Origin: an uncultured bacterium
Lineage (GTDB): Bacteria; Actinomycetota; Acidimicrobiia; Spongiisociales; UBA5794
Reading direction: 5' to 3'
DNA: 64,000 nucleotides
NCBI GenBank assembly: GCA_963801165.1
Contig: CAWDDT010000011.1
Span: 160,001-224,000 of the forward strand
The position numbers and the translations under genes were made by a program. Under the pieces are notes generated by a model. The model saw nothing but the letters and a program-made list of their open reading frames with translations. It had not been told where the DNA came from and searched no databases. Positions 44,714 to 53,202 of this stretch are shown here, one piece after another. Numbering within the stretch: the first letter of the stretch is position 1; every line of letters begins with the position of its first letter.

Positions 44714-45903
44714 GCAAACACCGAACGTACGATGGCAACGATCTCATCCGCCTCGCCATCAGTAGTTGTGAGCGGCGGTAGGAATTGCAGCACCGACGTG
44801 TCGTTGCCGGCGTAGACACTGAAGATGCCCGCGTCGAAGAGAAGCTTGGCTGCGAGCATCCCGGCGTCGGGCGCGGGAAAGGCGAAACCCATCATCATCC
44901 CGAGACGGCGAAGCGCGAAAGGCAGATCGGCGAGACCTGCGGCAAGGCGTTCGCCGAGCACCGCGACCCGCTCCAAGAACCCGGGGGCTTCGATGATGTC
45001 GAGCACGGCGAGGGCGGCTGCGCAGCCCGGCTCGGCGCCACCCGCGGTGGAGACGTGGATGAAGGGCTCCTCGTCGAAGATCCGGTGTACTTCAGGTGTC
45101 ATGAGAGTGGCGGTGATCGGATAGACGCCGCCGCCGAGGGCCTTAGCGGTGACAACCAGGTCCGGCTCCAGCTCCCAATGTTGGTAGGCCCACATCCTTC
45201 CGGTGCGTCCCAGCCCGGTCTGCACCTCGTCGAGGATGAGCAGAGAGCCCCGCTCCCGGCAGATCTCCTGGACACCGGGCAGGTAGTAGTCGCCCGGCAC
45301 GGGCATCCCGAGAGTCGCCGGCACGGGCTCGAGGATGACCGCGGCGGTGTCGTCACCAACGGCTGCCCCCATAGCGGCGAGGTCGTCGAATGGAACCTGT
45401 GCGAAACCTGGTGGGTTGGGACCGAACGGGTCTCGAAACTGCGGGTCACCTGCCGCAAGAGCCAACCCGGTGTGACCGTGGTAGCCACCCATTACCGAGA
45501 TGATGCCGATCCTGCCTGTCGCATGGCGGGCAGCCTTGATGGCCACGTCGATTGCCTCACCGCCGCTCACGCCGAAGACAACACCGCTTAGCCGATCACC
45601 GGTTGTCGCCGACAGGCGGTGCGCCAGCTCCGCCCGGCCCGGTGCCGGGAGATGGTGGTTGCCGAGATCGGATGAGCTCAGGGCGTCCATCACCGCCCGT
45701 ACCACGTCGGGATTGCGGTGCCCCAGGTTGAAGACGCCGCCGTTGCAGTGGCAGTTGATCCAGGACCGCTCGTCGAAAGCGTCCCAGAACCGGATGCCCT
45801 CGCGCCGGCCGATGACCGCATCGAGCCCGTACCGCTCGAACATGTCGATCTTTCCGGCGTTGACATGCCGTCGATACAGCTCGAAGACCCGGGCCCGATC
45901 CAT
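44710..45903 (-). CDS. Class III PLP-dependent aminotransferase family
   Basis: SGGEA, YHG, ILDEVQTGLGRTG, AKALGGG. Confidence 0.92.
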   Translation of the reverse strand: MDRARVFELYRRHVNAGKIDMFERYGLDAVIGRREGIRFWDAFDERSWINCHCNGGVFNLGHRNPDVVRAVMDALSSSDLGNHHLPAPGRAELAHRLSATTGDRLSGVVFGVSGGEAIDVAIKAARHATGRIGIISVMGGYHGHTGLALAAGDPQFRDPFGPNPPGFAQVPFDDLAAMGAAVGDDTAAVILEPVPATLGMPVPGDYYLPGVQEICRERGSLLILDEVQTGLGRTGRMWAYQHWELEPDLVVTAKALGGGVYPITATLMTPEVHRIFDEEPFIHVSTAGGAEPGCAAALAVLDIIEAPGFLERVAVLGERLAAGLADLPFALRRLGMMMGFAFPAPDAGMLAAKLLFDAGIFSVYAGNDTSVLQFLPPLTTTDGEADEIVAIVRSVFA

Positions 45904-46051
45904 GGGTCAAGTATCGCTACGCCGGCGCGATGTAGCAATCCGCATGGCGACGTGATGGAGTCGATCGGATCTGTGTCTGCTCGTACAGCAGAGCCACACG
46001 CAGCTTCAGGAAGTTGCGACAGGAAGTGCTTTGATGATCGACCGTCTCTCT

Positions 46052-46675
46052 TCAGCCCAGCAGACATCGAGCGAGGTCGACGGCGGCACCCGCATCCGGG
46101 GCATAGCCGTCCGCTCCAATCTGCTCGGCGAACTCCGGGGTGGTGGGCGCGCCACCGATGACCACGCGGGTTGTGAGGCCGGCGCCGCGCACAGCATCGA
46201 TTACCGCGCTCATGTTGGGCATCGTCGTCGTCAGCAATGCGGACAGACCGATGATGTCGGCGTCGTGCTCCTGGGCGGCGGCGACGAACTCGTCGGATGC
46301 CACGTTGACACCGAGATCCACCACCTCGAACCCTGCGCCCTTCCACATCATGGCGACGAGGTTCTTGCCGATGTCGTGCAGGTCGCCCGCCACGGTACCG
46401 ATGACCGCGGTGAACTCCGGTTCGACACCAGCGGCAACGAGCTCCGGCTCGAGCACCACCAATGCTTCCTTCATCGCCCGGGCGGCGATGAGCATCTCGG
46501 GTACAAAGAGGTCTCCCCGCTGGAACCTGGCACCGACGACGTCCATGGCGGCCGTCATCGCGTCGAGCACCTCTTTGGGGCTGATTCCTTCAGTGAGCGC
46601 GGCTTGTGTGATCTCAACCGCTGCCTCCCGATCACCCTCTTCGACCGCCTGCTGAAGCTGCGCAAGATCGGCCAT
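46052..46675 (-). CDS. Corrinoid (B12-binding) protein, MtbC/MttC-like
   Basis: Cap domain FVPEM plus GDLHDIGKNLV, LSALLTTTM, GGAP. Confidence 0.9.
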   Translation of the reverse strand: MADLAQLQQAVEEGDREAAVEITQAALTEGISPKEVLDAMTAAMDVVGARFQRGDLFVPEMLIAARAMKEALVVLEPELVAAGVEPEFTAVIGTVAGDLHDIGKNLVAMMWKGAGFEVVDLGVNVASDEFVAAAQEHDADIIGLSALLTTTMPNMSAVIDAVRGAGLTTRVVIGGAPTTPEFAEQIGADGYAPDAGAAVDLARCLLG

Positions 46676-46787
46676 CAAGAACCTCCTGTCGTTCATTCAC
46701 GTCAAAGACGCAACCTGCCCGTGGGTCATATCCCACCGCAAGATACCCGCCGGGCCACACTCACCCGCTCTGGCGTCGGGTGGCCCG

Positions 46788-47822
46788 TCACACCTCCGCG
46801 ATGAGCACCCGGAAATCGCCGAGGCCCCTGGGATGAAGCAGAGTCTCGGCGTCGAGGCGTTTGCTCCGGCTCTGCAACTGCTGCATCGTATCGCCGGCAC
46901 GGGCACTAGCGAGCTCCTGGCGCTTCATCTCGGATACAACCTGGCGAAGACCCCACGCGACCAGGAAGTCGTCCTGGCGATACAGCTCGGCAGACGAGCC
47001 GAGGTGCCGGGCAGCCGCCAGCAGCGCCGTGAAGTTGACGTCGACGGTGATGTCGGTCTCGCCCGGCTCCAGCAGCGGGTCGGGGCCGAGGTGATGACCC
47101 CGGTAGGTGCGCAGGGTCCCCAGGCTGCGCCGGGGCTCGAGCTCCTCGGTCGTTCCCCCGTAGTCGATCAGAAGGATCACCCCGCTCGCGATTGTGCCGA
47201 TAGCCTGCTCCAGCCAGCCGGCGGCAGCGAGCTGCACCTCGACGATGCCTCCGACCGGCACCTCTCCCCCATAGTCATCGGCCCACGCCGCCACCTCGGG
47301 CCGGGCGTCCACGGCAACAAAGGCGAGCTCGTCGCCGACGGTGCCGACGAAGTGCTCGTCCCAGCCATCCTGGGTGCGGACCGCGATGGACACGGGCAGG
47401 TTGTCAACGAGCTCGTTGGCGATGATCGCCCCCGTCAGCCCGTGCGGCAGATCATCGAGCGACTCGGTGATCCGGTTCTCAGGCAAGACGCTCCGCAGGC
47501 TCTCCTGTGCCGTCGGGGACACCTCGACCGCCCAGGCGTCGACGCTGCCCATCTCGGCGAGAAGCGGGCGCAGCAGGGACCCGGACCCGGCGCCGACTTC
47601 GACCAGTGTCTCGATGGGGCGGGTCCCGAGGCACCGTGCAATCGTCTTGCCAAACCATGGGCTCACCTCGGGGCTGGTCAGGAAGTCGCCTGCGGCCGAT
47701 GAACGCACCGGGCCACGAGTAAAGAAGCCTCCCTCGCCATAGAGGGCGATGTCCATGAAGACCTCGAAGGGAATAGGCCCCTCAGCGGCGATCCGTGCAC
47801 GGATCGTGTCGGCGACCGTCAC
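46788..47822 (-). CDS. SAM-dependent methyltransferase, MidA/NDUFAF7 family
   Basis: GPIPF..FM..ALY, DFLTSPE, EVGAGSG, ANELVD, IDYG, DIT.DVNF. Confidence 0.88.
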   Translation of the reverse strand: MTVADTIRARIAAEGPIPFEVFMDIALYGEGGFFTRGPVRSSAAGDFLTSPEVSPWFGKTIARCLGTRPIETLVEVGAGSGSLLRPLLAEMGSVDAWAVEVSPTAQESLRSVLPENRITESLDDLPHGLTGAIIANELVDNLPVSIAVRTQDGWDEHFVGTVGDELAFVAVDARPEVAAWADDYGGEVPVGGIVEVQLAAAGWLEQAIGTIASGVILLIDYGGTTEELEPRRSLGTLRTYRGHHLGPDPLLEPGETDITVDVNFTALLAAARHLGSSAELYRQDDFLVAWGLRQVVSEMKRQELASARAGDTMQQLQSRSKRLDAETLLHPRGLGDFRVLIAEV

Positions 47823-47867
47823 GACGCGCCTACCGCCAATCGGCCGTCACCAAGGGAGGATGAGGCT

Positions 47868-47917
47868 CCCTCTCCCTCTGGGAGAGGTGCCGAGCGAAGC
47901 GAAGGCGACGAGGGCCT
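47868..47917 (+). repeat. Family A palindromic repeat
   Basis: CCTCTCCCTCTGGGAGAGGTGCCGAGCGAAGCGAAGGCGACGAGGGCC. Confidence 0.82.
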
Positions 47918-48151
47918 CATGAGTACACCGACGAGCGTGGATCGAGAGCCAGAGGGCGACCGCCCGGCAGCCACCGGGAACCCATGGTTCTGACGAGGGG
48001 TATGCGACCGAGGGCATCCGTGGCCAAGACAGTGGCAACGAGCACAACGGGAGTGGGGAGTCTGGCGTCGGGTCCCATCGACGGCAGGCTAGCGGGAGCT
48101 GCCATGCGAACGATCACGCCTGTCGGTTCGTTGTGCGCTTGGGTCACTGCA

Positions 48152-48268
48152 AGGCCCTCACCAGCTTCACGCACCACCTCTCCCAGAGGGAGAGGGAAAG
48201 ACCCGACCCACCAGCTTCACGCACCACCTCTCCCAGAGGGAGAGGGAAAGACCCGACCCACCAGCTTC
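48152..48268 (-). repeat. Family A repeats in inverted orientation as a perfect 50-bp tandem duplication
   Basis: 48161-48210 equals 48211-48260, plus partial third copy. Confidence 0.9.
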
Positions 48269-48308
48269 GCTACGCCAACCTCAGCAAGACCGTTACCTCC
48301 CCCACTAC

Positions 48309-48321
48309 TACGTCGGACGTA
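48309..48321. promoter_or_regulatory. Palindromic operator candidate for PadR
   Basis: TACGTC-G-GACGTA adjacent to TAATGT -10-like box just before padR. Confidence 0.5.
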
Positions 48322-48335
48322 CTAATGTGGTCGAG

Positions 48336-48674
48336 ATGACACGATCCAACGCAATGCCCGGGCCACGGCGGTCGAACGATCCGCCGCTTCTGATCCTGAC
48401 CAGCCTGGCCGAAGGTCCGAAGCACGGGTACGCCCTGGCACAAGACATCGAGGAGTTCGCCGGGGTGCGCCTCGGGCCGGGCACCCTGTACGGTGCGATC
48501 ACCAGACTCGAGGAGCGCGGTTTGATCGAACCGGTCGACACAGGTGGTCGCCGTCGGCCCTACCGATTGACCGCAGCCGGTGCCACTTCGCTGACCGAGA
48601 CGATCACAGACCTGCGCCACATCGTCGAGACCGGCACAGCGCGGCTGCACGTCGCGGGCGAGGGATTGGCATGA
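48336..48674 (+). CDS. PadR family transcriptional regulator
   Basis: GPKHGY, GPGTLYGAITRLE, RRRPYRLT. Confidence 0.9.
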   Translation: MTRSNAMPGPRRSNDPPLLILTSLAEGPKHGYALAQDIEEFAGVRLGPGTLYGAITRLEERGLIEPVDTGGRRRPYRLTAAGATSLTETITDLRHIVETGTARLHVAGEGLA

Positions 48675-49612
48675 GCGAGCCGCGGCCCGACCTCTCCCGC
48701 TTGCTCAGGTGGTACCCGCCCTCCTGGCGAGACCGCTACGGCGACGAATTGTTGGCGATGATGGAAGACACGCTCGGAGAGCGCCGGGCGACGCTTGGGT
48801 TTCGGCTATCGATCACAATGGCGGGCATCCGCGAGCGGTCGCACATCGCTGGCTTGGTGGGAGAGACCGTTCCCCCGGCCGAGCGGGTTCGTGGGGGTGG
48901 GCTGGTTGTCATGGCCGCGTGGACTGCGTTCGTTCTCGCCGGAGCGGCGTTTGCCAAGCTGTCCGAACACAGCAACGAGGCCGTCGCCACGTCGCAGCGG
49001 CTGCTGATAGTCGATACCTACCGCATCGTCATAGCACTCGCAGTGGTGACGGCTCTCGCCGTAGTCGCCGGTGGCATGGTCGCGGCTCGCCCGCTTTGGC
49101 AGCTGTTACGTGGTAACGACGGCCTCGTACTCCGGCGGCGACTTTGGATAGCCACGACGTGGTCGGTTGTCGCCGCGGCCGCTACCGCAGGGCTCGTCGT
49201 CGTCGCACATCGATTGCCCCGGGCAGACATCGAGACGGGCGCCTGGCCCTACGGAGCCATCTTCATCGTCTGGGCGATTGTGATCGGGGCTGCGTTGGTG
49301 GCGTGGACATCCTTTGGGATAGGTGCCGTGCGCCGGGTCAACTTCGATCGTCGCGCCCTTGCGGTCGAATCGGTGCTTGCGATCACGGTGGCGGCTGCCA
49401 TGGTCGCGATGACCATCGTCACCGGGGTGTGGTGGGTGGCGATCGCCCATCGGGCACCATGGTTCCTGCACGGCACTGCACCCGGAACATTGGGTTCGGC
49501 GTTCGATATCCGGTTGGCGTCGGTGGTTGCCCTCATGGTGTTGGCCGATGCGACCGCGGGCGTCGGTGTCGTCCGGATTGGAGCGGGCTGGGCTGCGGCA
49601 GGCCGGGGGTGA
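48671..49612 (+). CDS. PadR-associated multi-TM membrane protein
   Basis: LLRWYPPSWRDRYGDE N-terminus; ATGA overlap with padR. Confidence 0.78.
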   Translation: MSEPRPDLSRLLRWYPPSWRDRYGDELLAMMEDTLGERRATLGFRLSITMAGIRERSHIAGLVGETVPPAERVRGGGLVVMAAWTAFVLAGAAFAKLSEHSNEAVATSQRLLIVDTYRIVIALAVVTALAVVAGGMVAARPLWQLLRGNDGLVLRRRLWIATTWSVVAAAATAGLVVVAHRLPRADIETGAWPYGAIFIVWAIVIGAALVAWTSFGIGAVRRVNFDRRALAVESVLAITVAAAMVAMTIVTGVWWVAIAHRAPWFLHGTAPGTLGSAFDIRLASVVALMVLADATAGVGVVRIGAGWAAAGRG

Positions 49613-49617
49613 CCCCA

Positions 49618-49959
49618 ATGCGTCTTGCGCCGGCCGCTGTCGGTGTCGTATTGGGTGTGGCCGGTGCCACGGTGATCCTGGTCGGCTCCGGTCTGATTCT
49701 CGTACCGTGGGCAATCGTTGGTCTTGGTATCGGCTGGATGTCCGCTGATGCACGGGCGGCCCGGGTCAACGGGCTGCTCTATGGTTTTGCGCTGTCGCTG
49801 AGCTTCCTCGTCGCCGGTTACGAAGGCGACGCCTCGCTGCTCACCGTGACGGTGACCTTCGCCGTCCTGAGCCTGTTTGGTGCGGCGTGCGGATGGCTGT
49901 TGAGTGCGTCCGCCCGGCACATGCGAAGCCGGCGGTCCCGGTCGGCTGGTGAGCGGTAG
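49618..49959 (+). CDS. Small 4-TM membrane protein
   Basis: ATG 49618 just after previous stop; hydrophobic. Confidence 0.6.
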   Translation: MRLAPAAVGVVLGVAGATVILVGSGLILVPWAIVGLGIGWMSADARAARVNGLLYGFALSLSFLVAGYEGDASLLTVTVTFAVLSLFGAACGWLLSASARHMRSRRSRSAGER

Positions 49960-50066
49960 AGGGTCATTGGAGCGGCGAGCGCCGTGCCTTCCTCCCCGTC
50001 GCCTCCCCGACGACCATCCGATCTCCCCGAAATGGAGTCCGACCCCTGGACAGGAGGAGAGAAAAC

Positions 50067-51602
50067 TCAGAACCCGGCTACGAATACCTTGGTCATCTCG
50101 CCGAGGTGGGAAAGGATGCCGGGGAAGAAACCGACCAGGATCACCGCAACGGCGGTAATGCCGAGGGCCAGACCGAGCGCTGGGGAGACACTGTCGGTAC
50201 GCGCCTCACCGGAGAGCACGTCCTCGGGCACCGAGTCGAACCATGCCGACTTGACCACCCGCGAGTAGTACACAAACCCGATCACCGAGTTGACGGCGGC
50301 GATGATGGCAAGGGCGATCGTCCAGCCGTTGCCGACGCTGATGAGCGAGCGGAACATCACGAACTTGGCGAACCAACCGCCCAGCGGGGGCACCCCGGCC
50401 AGGGAGAGGAAGAACACCAGCGTCAGCCCGGCAAGACCGGGGGCGTACTGGTAGAGGCCGCCCCAGTCGTCGATCTCGGCGGAGCCGATCCGCTTGGCGA
50501 CTGCGATGACGACGGCAAACGCACCCAGGTTCATGATGGCGTAGATGAGCAGGTAGGTCACGGTCGCAAAGAACGCATCTTCGAGCTGGGCACCGGTGAC
50601 GCCCGAGACGACGGCTGCGCCGAACGGGGCGAGGATGAAGCCACCCTGAGCTATCGACGAGTAGCCGAGCATACGGATGACGTTGCTCTGACGCAGAGCA
50701 GTCAGATTGCCGAGGGTCATCGACAGCGCCGCCAGGATCCACAGAGCCGGCCCCCAGATGTTGCGCAGGTCGGCGAAAGCGGCGTAGGCGAAAACGAGCA
50801 TGCCGACAAAACCGGCTGCCTTCGACACCACCGACAGGTAAGCGGTGACGGGCGCCGGGGCACCCTCGTAGGTGTCCGGCGTCCAGAAGTGGAATGGAAC
50901 TGCGGAGATCTTGAAAGCGAAGCCGAGCAGCGTGAACAGAACGCCGAGCGTGAGCAGCGGCGCGTCGACGTACCCCGCATCGGCCAGCTGGCCGGCGATG
51001 ACCGCCTCCCGGATCCCGGAGAAGGTGAGTTGGCCGGTGACGCCGTAGACGAGCGACATGCCGAACAGCATGATCGAGGCCGACAACACCCCGATGATGA
51101 AGTACTTGAGGGCCGCCTCCTGGGACCTGCGGTTGGATTTACGCCAGCCGGCGAGCAGGAAAGTCGGGCCGGTCACCAACTCCAGTGAGACGAAGATCGT
51201 CACCAGGCCCCGGGCCGAGGCCATGGTCACCGCACCGAGCACCGAGGCCAGCATCAGGAAGTAGAACTCGCCCTCCCAGTAACGGCCCTTCTCTAGATAT
51301 CCCGTGGAGATCAGCAACGCCAGGAAGGCAGCCCCGAGGAACAGGCCCTTGAGCACCAGCGAGAAGGTGTCGACGACGTAGGACCCGTCGAACATCGTCC
51401 GTGCCCCCTCGTAGTCGCAGAACGACAGCGAGTTGCACAGCCCGAGGGTGAGCAGGGGGATGAACGCCAGAAACAGACCCACCAGCCCGACAACGGCGGT
51501 CCACGCCTTGCGCACGGGCAGCATATCCACCACGAGCACACCGAGAACGGTCACCGCCAGGATGATTTCGGGCGCCAGCGCGTGGTAGTCGATGAGGTTC
51601 AC
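50067..51602 (-). CDS. nuoN: NADH-quinone oxidoreductase subunit N
   Basis: EAALKYF, FKISAVPFHFWTPD.YEGAP. Confidence 0.95.
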   Translation of the reverse strand: MNLIDYHALAPEIILAVTVLGVLVVDMLPVRKAWTAVVGLVGLFLAFIPLLTLGLCNSLSFCDYEGARTMFDGSYVVDTFSLVLKGLFLGAAFLALLISTGYLEKGRYWEGEFYFLMLASVLGAVTMASARGLVTIFVSLELVTGPTFLLAGWRKSNRRSQEAALKYFIIGVLSASIMLFGMSLVYGVTGQLTFSGIREAVIAGQLADAGYVDAPLLTLGVLFTLLGFAFKISAVPFHFWTPDTYEGAPAPVTAYLSVVSKAAGFVGMLVFAYAAFADLRNIWGPALWILAALSMTLGNLTALRQSNVIRMLGYSSIAQGGFILAPFGAAVVSGVTGAQLEDAFFATVTYLLIYAIMNLGAFAVVIAVAKRIGSAEIDDWGGLYQYAPGLAGLTLVFFLSLAGVPPLGGWFAKFVMFRSLISVGNGWTIALAIIAAVNSVIGFVYYSRVVKSAWFDSVPEDVLSGEARTDSVSPALGLALGITAVAVILVGFFPGILSHLGEMTKVFVAGF

Positions 51603-51605
51603 CGA

Positions 51606-53183
51606 TCAGCCTCCAAAGACCTTGGCGACGAGTTGATGGACCGCATCGTTCGTCGCCCCGAAGATGATCCGGGGGAAGATTCCGATGGCGACTGTTGCCA
51701 CCACCAGCGGAACCCACGCCGCCAGCTCGTACCGGTCGACGTCGTGCAGATCGTGACCCTCCCACTCGGCCGACGGCTCACCGAAGTTCACCCGCTGCAA
51801 CATCCACAGCAGATAGCCGGCGGCCAGCACCGTGCCGACGGCGCCGATGACCATCAGCGTTCGGAACAGCGTGGTGGACAGGCCGTGCAGCGGGTTGAAC
51901 GCGGCCAGCAACGAGAGGAACTCGCCCCAGAACCCGGCGAGCCCGGGCAGCCCGAGCGAGGCGATGGCGGTGAAGCCGAGGATGCCGCCCATGATCGGCA
52001 TCAGCTTCTGGTTGCCACCGAGACGAGAGATCTCTCGCGTGTGGTAGCGGTGCGACATCGAACCGGCCACGAAGAACAGCAGACCGGTAATGACACCGTG
52101 GGCGACCATCCCGATGATGGCGGCGTTGATGCCGATGTCGGTCAGGGTGGCGATGCCGAGCATGACAAACCCCATGTGCCCGACCGAAGAGAACGCGATG
52201 AGGCGTTTCATGTCGGTCTGGGCGAGACACGCCAGAGAGGCGTAGATGATGCCGACCACAGCCAGGATGGCGATGACCGGCGCCCAGTTCTGCGCCTGCT
52301 CGGGGAGGATCGGGATGGCGATCCGGATGAAGGCGTATGTGCCCAGCTTCAGCAGGATGGCAGCAAGCAGCACCGAGCCGACCGTGGGGGCGGCGGTGTG
52401 AGCATCGGGCAGCCAGGTGTGCAGCGGGAACATCGGCACCTTGACGGCAAAGCCGAGGAACAGGGCGGCGAACACCCAGACCGCGAGGCTACCGAGGGCC
52501 GCCTCGGCGTGCCCACCTTCGGCTAGAGCCTGCATGTCGAACGTGTTGAGCCCGCTCTTGAAGTAGAGGGTGAGGAAACCGAGCAGCATGAAGGCCGAGC
52601 CGAACAGGGTGAACAGGAAGAACTTGATGCTGGCGTAGAGACGCATCTCGGTCTCGAGCCCGAGTACCGGCACGATGACCTTGTTGCGGTCACCCCAGAT
52701 GCCGATCATGAAGTACATCGGCAGCAGCACGACCTCGAAGAACACGAAGAACAGGATCAGGTCGAGGGCTACGAACGTGCCGTTCATGCCGGTGGCGAGC
52801 ACCAGGATCAGCGCCGAGAAGATCTTCGGGTTGTGCGGCTCGGGCCAGTGGTCCCACGAGTAGATGATCGCCAGCACCGTCATGAAGGTGGAGAGCACGA
52901 GCAGCGGGAGGCTGATCCCGTCGATGCCGATCGAGTAGTTCGAGTTGATGGCGCCGATCCAGGTCAAGGTCGAGTCGGGACCGAACTGGATTCTATGAGC
53001 TGCGCCGTAGTCGAACTGGAACGCGACTATCACCGACAGGACAAACGAGCCACCTGCAAAGAGCAGTGCCGTCCACTTCTGGGCTTCTTCCTGCGCCTTC
53101 GGTATTGCCAGTACGGCCGCCGCTCCGACCAGTGGCAGAAAGACGATCAGGGTCAGAGCCCAACCGTTTTCAAACGAACTCAT
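51606..53183 (-). CDS. nuoM: NADH-quinone oxidoreductase subunit M
   Basis: GIDGISL, KVPMFPLHTWLPDAH, LLKLG. Confidence 0.96.
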   Translation of the reverse strand: MSSFENGWALTLIVFLPLVGAAAVLAIPKAQEEAQKWTALLFAGGSFVLSVIVAFQFDYGAAHRIQFGPDSTLTWIGAINSNYSIGIDGISLPLLVLSTFMTVLAIIYSWDHWPEPHNPKIFSALILVLATGMNGTFVALDLILFFVFFEVVLLPMYFMIGIWGDRNKVIVPVLGLETEMRLYASIKFFLFTLFGSAFMLLGFLTLYFKSGLNTFDMQALAEGGHAEAALGSLAVWVFAALFLGFAVKVPMFPLHTWLPDAHTAAPTVGSVLLAAILLKLGTYAFIRIAIPILPEQAQNWAPVIAILAVVGIIYASLACLAQTDMKRLIAFSSVGHMGFVMLGIATLTDIGINAAIIGMVAHGVITGLLFFVAGSMSHRYHTREISRLGGNQKLMPIMGGILGFTAIASLGLPGLAGFWGEFLSLLAAFNPLHGLSTTLFRTLMVIGAVGTVLAAGYLLWMLQRVNFGEPSAEWEGHDLHDVDRYELAAWVPLVVATVAIGIFPRIIFGATNDAVHQLVAKVFGG

Positions 53184-53202
53184 GTGTACTCGTTTCCTCC
53201 TA

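Noticed and set aside
47918-48151. Intact DUF559/transposase gene between inverted repeats
   Set aside because: Frames examined are short with no recognisable nuclease motifs.
48159-48268. Possible mini-CRISPR
   Set aside because: The whole 50-bp unit is identical, so there are no unique spacers.
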